Below, in pieces: positions 34,419-43,869 of a stretch of 64,000 nucleotides of DNA. The notes beneath the pieces were generated by a model. The model was not told where the DNA came from. It searched no databases and saw only the letters and a program-made list of their open reading frames with translations. Origin of the DNA: an uncultured Gemmatimonadales bacterium (GTDB lineage Bacteria; Gemmatimonadota; Gemmatimonadetes; Longimicrobiales; Longimicrobiaceae); NCBI GenBank assembly GCA_963716255.1, contig OY970303.1, positions 1,152,001 to 1,216,000 on the forward strand, written 5' to 3'. The translations under genes and the position numbers were made by a program. Every line of letters begins with the position of its first letter. The first letter of the stretch is position 1.

Positions 34419-37400
34419 TCAGGTGCCCTGGATCCGGACGCTGTTCGTGGCCACGGCGTTCCGCACCGGCTCCGGCACCCTCTGCCACTGCTCGGGCGTC
34501 AGGACGGCCCGGGCCTGGTTCAGCGCGTCCTGCACGTGGGTCCGCCCCTGGTTGAGCTGCGGTCCGAGCTTTTCGAAGATCGCGCCCACGTTGCCGGACG
34601 GGACCCCGCCCGTTCCGCCCAGCGCCGCCCCGAGCTGGGCACGGATCGGCAGGTTCTTCGCCTCCAGCGCCTTGCGGATCTCCTCCAGCCGCCCGGCCTG
34701 CTCTTCCGAAAGCGACAGCGTGTCGCGCAGCGCGAGGATGCCTTCGATCGGCCGGGGAAGCAGGCGGTCGAGGATCATTCCCTCCTGCTCGGGGCCCGGC
34801 TGTGCGCCCGCCGCCTGCGGCGGGGGCAGGGTGGGGTGATACTCGATGATGCGGATCGCGCCTTCCCGCCCGCCCAGCCCCAGCCCGATGAACCCGCCCC
34901 ACGGGTCGCGCTCCGGATTCGGCCCCACGATGAGCCTCGCCGAAAGCTGGATGCCGAAGGGGGAGCCGGACAGGGCCGCCCGGGACCGGGTCTGTCCGAA
35001 CCGCTCGTTGACCTCGTAGCGGAAGCTGCGCGTCTCGGGATCGAAGCCGCGCGGGTACAGGAGGACATCATCGTTCAGCCATCCTCCCTGGCCCCACCCG
35101 CGCAGTCCGCCGTTGCCGTGGAGCAGGAGGTCCAGCCCCGCGGTGACGTTGCTCACGTCCATGCCCAGGGAGAGGCGCCGGCCGAGCGAGCCGATGGTGG
35201 GAGTGTAGGCGACCCGCACGTCGAGCGTGTGCTCCCACCCGGTACGGCAGTCGTTGCGCCGGACGATGCCGCCGAGGTTGGCGCGCAGGCAGGCCGCGGC
35301 GTGCTCCGGCGCGGCTTCCAGCAGCCGCTGCATCGCCGCGCCGAGTCCGGGATCCGCCGTGGAGGCGGGATCGAAGACGAAGGCCGCGTCGTTGAACGCG
35401 CCGTCGCCGTTGACGTCGCCGACCACCCACGGCGTGAAGGGCGCGCCGGACATCGCCCGTCCGATCAGCGAGACCTCCCAGGAGCTCCCCAGCGGACGTC
35501 CGATGATCGCGCTGAGCGCGTGGCGGCGGTCGTCGTCGCCCGGGGCCCAGCCGGGCCGGTTGGGGTCGCCCCGCGTGACGGTCGAGGCGAAGCCGCTGCG
35601 CGGGCCCCCGAACGCGAACGAGGACTGGTCCCGCGTCCGGGAAAGCGTGTAGGAGAGCTGGAAGTTCGTCCCTATGCTCGACAGCATCCCGTTCAGCGCC
35701 ACCGTGAGCGCCCCCGTCCTGGAACGGAGCCCGGAATGCACCTCGTACGCCTGGGCGAACCGCCCGTCCCGCCGGGAAGCGAGGAGCGGGATCGTCCCCG
35801 TGCCCGGGTCGATCGCCGCGGCGGGAGCGAACACCGGCCGCCCGTCCTCCGCGTCCAGGGTGAACGCGGGAGCGGACGCCAGGTTGAGGTCGCGCACCCC
35901 GTACTGGCTCATCCCCAGGATGTAGAAGCCGTCGATGGACAGCGTGACCCGCTGCCGCAGCGTGACGTCGTAGCCCAGCGACGCCCGCCAGGAGCGCGGC
36001 GCCTCGAAAGCAGGAGCGAAGGCGGCCACGTTGGGAAGTCCGCGGCTCGCGGGGAGGCCCGCGGACCCGTCCGCGCAGGTGGTGGGCACGGAGGAGCCAT
36101 CCTCCCGGAAACGGCGGAAGTCGGTCGTGGGGACCAGCCCCTCCCCCACGCACGAAAGGAACGCGTCCCCCCCCGCGCCGCGGCCCGCGTTCAGCACCTC
36201 CGCGTACAGGGAGAACGGCGTGCGCCCCCGGAACTCCCCGATTCCCCCCCGCAGCGACCGCGGCCGGTCCCCACCCGTGGACCAGGTGAAGCCCAGCCGC
36301 GGGCTCACGTGCACCTCCGTGGGGATCCGGTCGGTGTGCAGCCCGAACGCGGAATCCGCGGCGGGGCTGCGCTCCGGCGCCGCCCCGAACCCCGAGCCGT
36401 CCACCCGCACCCCGTAGACCACCTGCAGCGGCTCCGTCGGCCGCCAGGTGTCGCCCAGGTAGAGCGCGGCGCTCCACCCGCTCCCCCGCGTCGCCTCGCC
36501 GGGGAGAGTACGGGTGAAGGAGGTCGCCCGCCCCGCCTCCAGGTCGGCCAGCGAGGCGAAGGAGAAGCTCCCGTTGCTCCCCAGCGCGTCGAGCTGCCGG
36601 AAGGCGGTGTGGCCGAAGGAGGCGCCCAGCTTGAACCGGTGCGTCCCCCCCACGAGCAGCGACAGCTCGTCGGCGACCTCGATGCCGCGCTCGCTGGTTT
36701 CCCCGGGTGGAAGCGGGTCTCCGCCAAAGGAGAGCGTGGTCACCCCCGCCCCGCCCTCCTCCAGCGCGGACAGCACCTGCACCCGTCCGGCGGGGACGAC
36801 GAGCGTCGAGGTGAAGTCGCGCCCGCCGTTGGAGACGGACGCCCGCAGCTCGTTCACCCACGAGGTGCCGAAGCGGGAGGTCAGCGTGGCCGTCGCGCCG
36901 TTCGCGCGGCTGGACATCCCGCCTCCGCTTTCCAGGAGCTCGAGCGGACGGAGGAGCGTATTCGCCACGTCGGAACGGGTCGCGTAGCCGCGCAGGGACA
37001 CCGTGTGCCGATCGGTCGGCGAGTAGTCCACGCGGGCCAGCGTGCTGAGTGCGTCCCGGGTGCGGGTGAACGGGCCCGTCTGCGCCGAAGCGGACACCCC
37101 CTGGATGCGCTCCAGGATGTCCAGGAACCGCGCCACGGAGTCCGGATCGACCCCCAGCAGCGAGTACCCGTCCGGCGAGCGGGGCTCCAAGGCGTACAGG
37201 TCCTCCGAGCGCCGCTGCGCGGCCAGGCTCACGCTGAAGAGGAGCCGGTCGCGGATGATGGGGCCGCTGATCCCACCGCTGAAGCGGTTCTGGGTGAAGC
37301 CTCCCGTCCAGGGGCCGCGGCCCGCGCCGCCCTGGAGCACGTTGTCCCCCATGCGGTAGGACATGGACCCCTCGAGCCTGTTGGTCCCGGCCCGTGTGGT

Positions 37401-38132
37401 CATGGCGATCTGCCCGCCCGAGAACTGGCCGCGCGCGACGTCGTACGTGCTGGTGATGACCTGCGTGGACGCCATCCCCTCCTGGGGGAGTCCCAGCGGG
37501 GAGCCCCCGGGCGAGCCGCCGGAAAGGAGGGAGGCGAAGGTCGCTCCGTCCAGCGTGACCTGGTTCTGCGAGGCGCGCTGGCCGAGGACCGAGAAGTTCC
37601 CCCCTCCGCCCAGCGAGTCGCCCCTGACCACCACGCCCGGGACGAGCCCTGCCAGCGAGGCCGGGTCGGTGGTATCGAGCGGGAGCTTGGCGGCGAGATC
37701 GCCCGATACGCCGCGCGACTGCGAGCCGGCGTCCACGCGGGTGGAGGGCGCAGGCCGGCTCCCCCGGGCGATCAGACCCTGCAGCCGGACCGCCTGGATC
37801 TGGAGCTGAAAGTCCTGGATGAGCACCTCCTCGCTCCCCCGGCGCTCCACCCTCATCTCGACCGGCGCCGCTCCCAGGCGCGACACGCGCACCCGGTAGC
37901 GTCCCTCGCCGTCCGGGAAGACCAGGGTGTACCGCCCCTGCGCGTCGGTGGTACCGGCTCGCCGGATCCCGCTCGCGGCGGACCAGGCTTCGACCTGCGC
38001 TCCGGCGACGGGAGCACCGTTCGCGTCCGTCACCCTGCCCCGCAGGATGTCGGTGGCGCCGCCCTGCGCCGCCGCCGGCACCGACAGGAGCAGCATCAGG
38101 AAGACCAGAACCATCCACCGGTCGCACCGCAT
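34419..38132 (-). CDS. Oar/TonB-dependent-receptor-like outer-membrane protein with N-terminal carboxypeptidase-regulatory-like domain and C-terminal helical extension
   Basis: ATG 38132 after AGGAG, signal peptide ending VPAAA-Q. Motifs GRVTDANGAPVAGAQV...TTDAQGRY, YDVARGQFSGG, SGPIIRDRL, ALYLGDTWRP, SPRLGFTW and GDVNGDG. Confidence 0.85.
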   Translation of the reverse strand: MRCDRWMVLVFLMLLLSVPAAAQGGATDILRGRVTDANGAPVAGAQVEAWSAASGIRRAGTTDAQGRYTLVFPDGEGRYRVRVSRLGAAPVEMRVERRGSEEVLIQDFQLQIQAVRLQGLIARGSRPAPSTRVDAGSQSRGVSGDLAAKLPLDTTDPASLAGLVPGVVVRGDSLGGGGNFSVLGQRASQNQVTLDGATFASLLSGGSPGGSPLGLPQEGMASTQVITSTYDVARGQFSGGQIAMTTRAGTNRLEGSMSYRMGDNVLQGGAGRGPWTGGFTQNRFSGGISGPIIRDRLLFSVSLAAQRRSEDLYALEPRSPDGYSLLGVDPDSVARFLDILERIQGVSASAQTGPFTRTRDALSTLARVDYSPTDRHTVSLRGYATRSDVANTLLRPLELLESGGGMSSRANGATATLTSRFGTSWVNELRASVSNGGRDFTSTLVVPAGRVQVLSALEEGGAGVTTLSFGGDPLPPGETSERGIEVADELSLLVGGTHRFKLGASFGHTAFRQLDALGSNGSFSFASLADLEAGRATSFTRTLPGEATRGSGWSAALYLGDTWRPTEPLQVVYGVRVDGSGFGAAPERSPAADSAFGLHTDRIPTEVHVSPRLGFTWSTGGDRPRSLRGGIGEFRGRTPFSLYAEVLNAGRGAGGDAFLSCVGEGLVPTTDFRRFREDGSSVPTTCADGSAGLPASRGLPNVAAFAPAFEAPRSWRASLGYDVTLRQRVTLSIDGFYILGMSQYGVRDLNLASAPAFTLDAEDGRPVFAPAAAIDPGTGTIPLLASRRDGRFAQAYEVHSGLRSRTGALTVALNGMLSSIGTNFQLSYTLSRTRDQSSFAFGGPRSGFASTVTRGDPNRPGWAPGDDDRRHALSAIIGRPLGSSWEVSLIGRAMSGAPFTPWVVGDVNGDGAFNDAAFVFDPASTADPGLGAAMQRLLEAAPEHAAACLRANLGGIVRRNDCRTGWEHTLDVRVAYTPTIGSLGRRLSLGMDVSNVTAGLDLLLHGNGGLRGWGQGGWLNDDVLLYPRGFDPETRSFRYEVNERFGQTRSRAALSGSPFGIQLSARLIVGPNPERDPWGGFIGLGLGGREGAIRIIEYHPTLPPPQAAGAQPGPEQEGMILDRLLPRPIEGILALRDTLSLSEEQAGRLEEIRKALEAKNLPIRAQLGAALGGTGGVPSGNVGAIFEKLGPQLNQGRTHVQDALNQARAVLTPEQWQRVPEPVRNAVATNSVRIQGT

Positions 38133-38492
38133 TCGAGCTCCTGGGCCGAGGGTTTCTCGGAGCGCGGCGGCCGCGCGCCGGATTCCGGGTCGTTCACCCT
38201 CGAAGGTAGGCACGCAGCCACGAGCAGCGGCGATGCCGGGGTAAGCGAGTGTTGGGAGGGAAGTATGGGAATTGTATGGAAACCGTAAGTGGAGCCCTGG
38301 AGTGGAAGCGGCACGGGGGCGGCCCGGAAGCGCGGGTCAGGCCCCTTCCCTGTCCAGCGCCGATATATCGGTCAAAGTCCGTTCCCGGCGAGGAACGGCG
38401 GATGCCGGGTCTTGTCCACCGTACATTGCCCGCGTTTCGATTGACGGCCCGGTACGCGGCAGATCCCTCCCGCAAGCCGATCCGCCCCGACC

Positions 38493-39380
38493 TCACCCCT
38501 TGAGCACCCGGTCCAGCGAGCGGTACTGGATGGCCTCCGAGACGTGCACCGTCTCCACGTGGGCCGAGCCCGCCAGGTCCGCCACCGTGCGCGCGATCTT
38601 CAGCACCCGGTGGTACGCCCGCGCCGACAGCCCCAGCTTCATGATCGCCGTACGCAGCAGCGCATCGCTCCCCTCCCCCACCCGGCAGAACTGGTGCAGG
38701 TCGCGCGCCGTCATGTGCGCGTTGGCGTGGATCTCCGCCCGCCCCGCGAAGCGCGCCCGCTGGATCTCCCGCGCCCGGCTCACCCGCTCCCGGATCGCCT
38801 CGCTCGGCTCCCCCTCGCGACGGTCCGCCAGGTCGCGGTAGTGCACCGCCGGCACCTCCACATGGAGGTCCAGCCGGTCCAGCAGCGGCCCCGACACGCG
38901 CGACAGGTAGCGCTGCACCGCCTGCGGCGCGCACGCGCACCGGCGCTGTCCGTCGCCATGATACCCGCAGGGGCAGGGGTTCATGGCGGCCACCAGCATG
39001 AAGCGCGACGGATACGTCAGCGACACCGCCGCGCGCGACAGCGTCACCCGCCCGTCCTCCAGCGGCTGCCGCAGCTGCTCCAGCACGTTGCGCCGGAACT
39101 CCGGCAGCTCGTCCAGGAAGAGCACCCCGTTGTGCGCCAGCGATGCCTCGCCGGGCCGCGGGTTGGAGCCGCCGCCGATGAGCCCCGCGTCCGAGATGGT
39201 CGTGTGCGGGTTCCGGAACGGGCGCGTGCCCACCAGCGACTTCCCTCCGTTCAGCAGCCCCGCCACCGAGTGGATCTTGCTGGTCTCCAGCGCCTCCTCG
39301 AACGTCAGCGGCGGGAGGATGCCGGGGATGCGCTGCGCCAGCATCGTCTTGCCCGAGCCCGGCGGGCCCACCATCAGGAT
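38493..39380 (-). pseudogene. comM: 3' part of interrupted comM/YifB Mg-chelatase-like AAA+ ATPase
   Basis: [15 protein letters not shown] (Walker A), [65 protein letters not shown]. Confidence 0.95.
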
Positions 39381-39399
39381 AGTGTTGTATAGAGACCCC
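39376..39399. other. Left attachment junction (core AGGAT plus attP arm AGTGTTGTATAGAGACCCC)
   Basis: comM homology stops at AGGAT 39376-39380. The arm is an inverted repeat (17/19) of the arm at 54798-54816. Confidence 0.92.
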
Positions 39400-39413
39400 C
39401 TGCCCATTATATT
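39385..39413 (+). promoter_or_regulatory. Candidate integrase promoter TTGTAT-N17-TATATT overlapping the att arm
   Basis: -35 at 39385-39390 and -10 at 39408-39413, exact 17-bp spacing, about 30 bp upstream of the integrase ATG. Confidence 0.55.
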
Positions 39414-39444
39414 AGGCCCTGCACCCTAACCCGGGCAGGGCCTA

Positions 39445-41013
39445 ATGCGCGCTTATAGTTACACCCGCTTTTCCTCCCCCGAACAAGCGAAGGGAGACAG
39501 CTTCCGCCGGCAGACGAGCCTTGCGCAAACGTACGCGCTCCACCGCGGGCTCAATCTCGACGACCAGCTAACGTTCCAGGATCTCGGGGTGTCGGCCTTC
39601 CGCGGCGCGAATGCCGCGACCGGCCGTCTCGCCGCCTTCCTGGAAGCGGTGCGTAGCGGCCTGGTGGAGCCCGGGTCTTTCCTGCTGGTCGAGAGCCTGG
39701 ACCGGATTTCACGCCAGACCGCAAGAACCGCGTTTAATCTGCTGGGGCGTCTGGTCGACGAGGGCGTAACGGTCGTGACCCTCTCCGACGGGCGGGAATA
39801 CACGGCCGACCGTCTGGACAACGACCCGACGGCGCTACTGCTGAGTATCCTAACTTTTCTCCGCGCGAACGAGGAGAGCGAAACCAAGGCGCGGCGCCTC
39901 CGGTCGGTATGGGAGGCCAAGCGAGCGACGGCCGCGGCCCGGCCGCTTACGGGCATGTGCCCCGGGTGGCTGGAGCTGGACCGGGAGGCCGGGGCGTTCG
40001 TGGTGCTGGAGGATCGCGCGGAGGTGGTGCGCCGGATCTTCCGCGAAACGCTGGCGGGGAGCGGGCGGAACATCATCACGCGGCGCCTGAACGAGGAAGG
40101 GGTGGCACCTTTCGGCAGAGCGGCGCGGTGGCACGACACATACGTTGCGAAGATCCTTGAAAGTGAAGCCGTCGTCGGGGTTTTCGAGCCGCACCGGGTA
40201 GAGCACGCCGACGGGAAGCGAGTCCGGACCCCGACAGGGGAGAAAGTGCCCGGGTACTTTCCTCCCGTCGTTGACGCGGAGACGTTCGCGGCCGTGCGGG
40301 GGCTTGCGCAGGCACGAGAGGCCCGGAGGGGGAAAGGGAGGGGCCGCTACGCAGGCCCGCGGGGGCGGCATGCCGCCGAGCCGGTTCGGAACCTCTTCTC
40401 CGGGCTCCTCGGCTGTGGCCGCTGCGGCGGCACCTGCACCCGGGTGAACAAGGGGCGGGGCCCCAAGGGGGCGGCGTATTTGGCGTGCATGACGGCGAGG
40501 ACCGGCGCGGGCTGCAAGTATGAGGCGATCCGCTACGACGCCGCCGAGCGGTATTTCCTGGCCCGCGCCGCTGAACTGATCGAGCAGGCACCAGCGGGGG
40601 AGACGGACGAGGACGCCGTAGCGCTGCTGGAGCAGACGCGGCACAACCTTTTCGGACTTGCGGAAGAGGTCGAGCGCCTGCTCGACTCCCTCCAGCGCGC
40701 GCCCTCTCTGGCAATCGAGGGCCGGCTGGTGAAGCTGGAGGCGGCGAAGGCTGGGGTAGAAAAGGAACTCCGCGGCCTTGCGGCGCGGGTGGAATGGGCG
40801 CAAGGGCCATCCGTCCGGCGACGGCTCGACGATCTGGCGCAGGCGCTACAGGCCGCCCCGCTGGACCGCACGGCCGCAAATGCGACCATGCGGACGGTAT
40901 TCCGGCAGGTGGTCGTCGACTTCGACGCCGCGGAGCTGGTGCTACACTGGCAGCACGGCGGCGAGTCGCGGGTGGAGTATTCGCCTGGTCGCGAGTTCGT
41001 GGCGGCGATGTAG
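39445..41013 (+). CDS. Large serine recombinase (integrase), 522 aa
   Basis: Catalytic N-terminus YSYTRFSS..Q..GDS..RQ, LLVESLDRISR, ANEESETKARR; recombinase domain; Zn ribbon LFSGLLGCGRCGG...YLAC...C; coiled coil. Adjacent to the att site. Confidence 0.96.
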   Translation: MRAYSYTRFSSPEQAKGDSFRRQTSLAQTYALHRGLNLDDQLTFQDLGVSAFRGANAATGRLAAFLEAVRSGLVEPGSFLLVESLDRISRQTARTAFNLLGRLVDEGVTVVTLSDGREYTADRLDNDPTALLLSILTFLRANEESETKARRLRSVWEAKRATAAARPLTGMCPGWLELDREAGAFVVLEDRAEVVRRIFRETLAGSGRNIITRRLNEEGVAPFGRAARWHDTYVAKILESEAVVGVFEPHRVEHADGKRVRTPTGEKVPGYFPPVVDAETFAAVRGLAQAREARRGKGRGRYAGPRGRHAAEPVRNLFSGLLGCGRCGGTCTRVNKGRGPKGAAYLACMTARTGAGCKYEAIRYDAAERYFLARAAELIEQAPAGETDEDAVALLEQTRHNLFGLAEEVERLLDSLQRAPSLAIEGRLVKLEAAKAGVEKELRGLAARVEWAQGPSVRRRLDDLAQALQAAPLDRTAANATMRTVFRQVVVDFDAAELVLHWQHGGESRVEYSPGREFVAAM

Positions 41014-41262
41014 CTCCGGCCCCGCCCTAAAGGTTGTTCGTGACCAGGAGGAAGAGAAGCCACGCAATCACGGCGAGCCACCCGCCGAACGCATATGCGA
41101 CTGCGCTTCCCCCGGCCGCAACCACCAGCACAACACACCCTACTGTTTGTTGTTCTGTAATCATTATCGTTGCGGGGGAGAGTATGTGTTCCGGTGCGGG
41201 CACGGGTTAGCGTAGCACGTCGCAATCTACTCCGCTAGGACAGGGGCGGCGTGACATGACAC

Positions 41263-41333
41263 CCCCACAACGAACGATCCCCGGGAGCGACGGCCACCGT
41301 GTCGCCGTTCCCGGGGATCGTTCGTTGTGGGGC
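41263..41333. terminator. Long hairpin between the convergent integrase and virion-protein operon; probable bidirectional terminator
   Basis: Perfect 23-bp inverted repeat CCCCACAACGAACGATCCCCGGG (41263-41285 / 41311-41333), with an inner GCGAC/GTCGC stem in the loop. Confidence 0.65.
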
Positions 41334-41357
41334 ATCCTGCGCGGTTTCGGCCCCCTC

Positions 41358-42347
41358 CTATGCGGGCGTGTACGGGATGAAGACCTCCCGCGTGTTGCTG
41401 GCGTCGCTCGGCACGTCGTCGACGAGCGCAACGATTGTGTACACCACCCAGGACCCGACCGACAACTCCAGCGTGGCCGGGCCGCCGGGCACGCCTTCGG
41501 AGTCTTCCACTTCCGCCGTGATCGTGACGGCTCCCCGGGAAACGGGCGTCACAAGCCCGGAGCTGGAGACGGTGGCGACGCCGGGGGCGCTGCTCGACCA
41601 TGTGGGGACCGGCAGGGGGTCGTCCTCCGCATCCGTCACCGTCGCCGTCAGCTGCAGCGTGGCCCCGCCCACTCCGAACGCGGCCAGGTCGCCCGCGTCG
41701 GGGGTGTCTATGGAGACGGCGGGGGTCATGTTGGACGGGGGGCCGCCCGTGTATGCGGAGGTGCTGAAGTCGTTGATCTGCTCCCCGTTGGCGAGCCCGC
41801 CCCCGCCGAGGAACATGATCCCAGGCCGCCCGGCCGCGGTGATCCGGTCCGCCTCCGTGTCCCCAACCGCGGCGTACGCCACCCCGTCGATATAGGGCGT
41901 GACCGTCACCGTGGAGCCGGAGCCCGACACGTCCAGGCGGAGCGTGTGGGAGGAGTTGAGCGCCCACGACTGCGCGAAGTTGTTGATGTTCACGGCCGCC
42001 GCGCCGGTGTAGCGCATGAACTGCACGCGCGGCCCCCCGAAGTGGTCGTAGAAGAGCGCGTAGCGCGAGCCGTCGGGCTGCACCCTGACGCATGCCCCGG
42101 GCATGCGCGCCCCGTACGTGCTCACGTAGACCGTCACCTCCGCATCATAATCCGGGCTCGCGGGGGTGATCTGCCCTACCATTACGTTCTCCTCCGCGAG
42201 CGTCGGGGAGGCGCGGTTGCTGTTCACCTGGACGGAGCCCGCGGTGCCGACGATCTGCAAAAGGGGCAGGCCGTTCGCCGCCGCCAGCGCGCCGGTACCC
42301 GTCAGCGGCGTTTCGTCGGCGGCCGTGAAGTCAGAGAAAAGAGCCAT
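41358..42347 (-). CDS. Beta-rich protein with bacterial Ig-like (Big_2-type) domain; possible virion decoration or adhesion protein
   Basis: TLQLTATVTDA...TWSSSAPGVATVSSSGLVTPVSRGAVTITA is a Big_2-type signature. No signal peptide. Start abuts the upstream stop (TAA ATG). Confidence 0.75.
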   Translation of the reverse strand: MALFSDFTAADETPLTGTGALAAANGLPLLQIVGTAGSVQVNSNRASPTLAEENVMVGQITPASPDYDAEVTVYVSTYGARMPGACVRVQPDGSRYALFYDHFGGPRVQFMRYTGAAAVNINNFAQSWALNSSHTLRLDVSGSGSTVTVTPYIDGVAYAAVGDTEADRITAAGRPGIMFLGGGGLANGEQINDFSTSAYTGGPPSNMTPAVSIDTPDAGDLAAFGVGGATLQLTATVTDAEDDPLPVPTWSSSAPGVATVSSSGLVTPVSRGAVTITAEVEDSEGVPGGPATLELSVGSWVVYTIVALVDDVPSDASNTREVFIPYTPA

Positions 42348-42668
42348 TTAGCAGCCCCCGGGGTTCAGGGGCTCAACAGTCCGGGGGTGGTTGCTCTTGT
42401 TCATTTGTCGTTTCCTCTGGCGTGCCCTACGGGCCGCGAGTGGTGTATCAGGGTCGGGCGCAGCGAGCAGGGCCTCCCGGAGAGTACCGTACGGTCGGGC
42501 TCGCTGCGCGACGTGTTCCTGCGGCACGGCCGGAGCGGCAGCGGCGAGGCGTTCCCGGGCTCGCTGGGCGTCGATCCGGTCAAGGATCGCGTCTTCCCCG
42601 GCCGTGTGGCTCCGGCCGTCCGTGAAGGCCCACGAGACGGCCCCCCGCCCCCTTCCCAGGCGCCGCAC
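42348..42668 (-). CDS. Hypothetical protein (~106 aa)
   Basis: 3' portion of ORF 42348..43097. A GTG start overlaps the upstream TAG (TAGTG) and the stop abuts the next ATG, consistent with a coupled operon. Confidence 0.45.
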   Translation of the reverse strand: MRRLGRGRGAVSWAFTDGRSHTAGEDAILDRIDAQRARERLAAAAPAVPQEHVAQRARPYGTLREALLAAPDPDTPLAARRARQRKRQMNKSNHPRTVEPLNPGGC

Positions 42669-42874
42669 TACCTGCTGCGCTCCTCCGGCCCCCGCTGCGG
42701 GATGGGGCCCTGGCCTGGATTCGACCGGCGGCGATCGTGGGGGAAGGCGCGCAGCAGCTCCGCATACCAGAAGCGCCGCGGGGTGCCGGACGCGGCCAGG
42801 GCCGCGCCAAGGGATTCCCCCCGGACGAGACGCTGGCCGACGTGAGGCGCGGGGGGTTGGGTGTCCTGGCGCAT
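42668..42874 (-). CDS. Small hypothetical protein (68 aa), possible HTH-like fragment
   Basis: ATG overlaps the scaffold stop (TGATG); MRQDTQPPAPHVGQRLVRGESLGAALAASGTPRRFWY. Confidence 0.45.
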   Translation of the reverse strand: MRQDTQPPAPHVGQRLVRGESLGAALAASGTPRRFWYAELLRAFPHDRRRSNPGQGPIPQRGPEERSR

Positions 42875-43785
42875 CAATCGTCGACCAGGAACTCCAGGAC
42901 GTGGGCGGCGTCGCGCGCCTTCCCGCTCCTGCGCAACTGGCTCTGCGCCTGCGAGAACGCGCGCCCGCGCTGCACCTGGCCGCTGTCGGGGCCGTGCGCG
43001 CTACGAGTGCCAGGGGTGAGGACACGGGAGGCGCCCTGCTGTGCCCCCCGCACCGCATTGGCCCCCTTGGTCTTGAGCTGCCGGTACCGCATGGCATCCC
43101 GCAGCACCAGCATGAGCCGGTGATCCGCCACCCCGGCCAGATCCTCCGTCGTGTAGCCGAGCGACAGCGCGAAGTTCACCAGCTCCCCCTTTTCGGCCTT
43201 CCGCACCCGCTCGTCCTTCCACTCCGGCACGGCCTCCAGCAGCAGCTCGCTTTCCTCCGCGAGCCGGCGCTGGTGGTCTTCCTGCGCGGCCCGCGCGCGG
43301 AACTCCTGCGCGGCCACGTAGTCGGCGCGCACGGCCTCCGGGACGGCGAACCCCGCGAGCTCCATCGCTTCGACCCGCTGCTCCAGCGCGAGCGCCGCAA
43401 AGGCGGCGCGCTGGCCCGTCTCCTCGACGTCCCGGCGCTGCGCGGCGACGGCCTGCGCTTTCCGGGTATAGTCGGAGGTGCGGGAATACCCCTTCAGCAG
43501 CTCGTCGAGTGTGACCTCCTCTTCCTCGCCGTTCACCTTCACCTTGTAGGTAGCCGCCGGGGTGTCGTCCTCCCTCTCGTCGACTTCGTCCTCTTCGTCC
43601 ACTTCCGCGCCGTCCAGCTCCTCGTCCATCAGCTCGTCGCGCAGCTCCTCGCTGTCGCCGTCCTCCTGCGCCATCGCCGCGTCGAGCGCCGCGGCCGCAT
43701 CGGTGACGGTGCCGGCTCCGCCGTTCTCCCAAGGGAGCGCGATCGAATCGGAAGCGGACGCGGGATGGGGGTCGAAATCTGCCAT
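42874..43785 (-). CDS. Podovirus-type capsid scaffolding protein
   Basis: AGGAG RBS. Acidic N-terminus, then YKVKVNGEEEEVTLDELLKGYSRTSDYTRKAQ, helical middle and basic C-terminal helix LRRSGKARDAA, a pattern I recognise from podovirus scaffolds. Confidence 0.8.
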   Translation of the reverse strand: MADFDPHPASASDSIALPWENGGAGTVTDAAAALDAAMAQEDGDSEELRDELMDEELDGAEVDEEDEVDEREDDTPAATYKVKVNGEEEEVTLDELLKGYSRTSDYTRKAQAVAAQRRDVEETGQRAAFAALALEQRVEAMELAGFAVPEAVRADYVAAQEFRARAAQEDHQRRLAEESELLLEAVPEWKDERVRKAEKGELVNFALSLGYTTEDLAGVADHRLMLVLRDAMRYRQLKTKGANAVRGAQQGASRVLTPGTRSAHGPDSGQVQRGRAFSQAQSQLRRSGKARDAAHVLEFLVDD

Positions 43786-43869
43786 CGGGTGTATCTCTCC
43801 TGTCGGGCCTCCGCGTACGGGTGGGCCTGGTTTGCGAGGGCGGCAGAGTGCCGCCGTTCTCGCGGGGTG

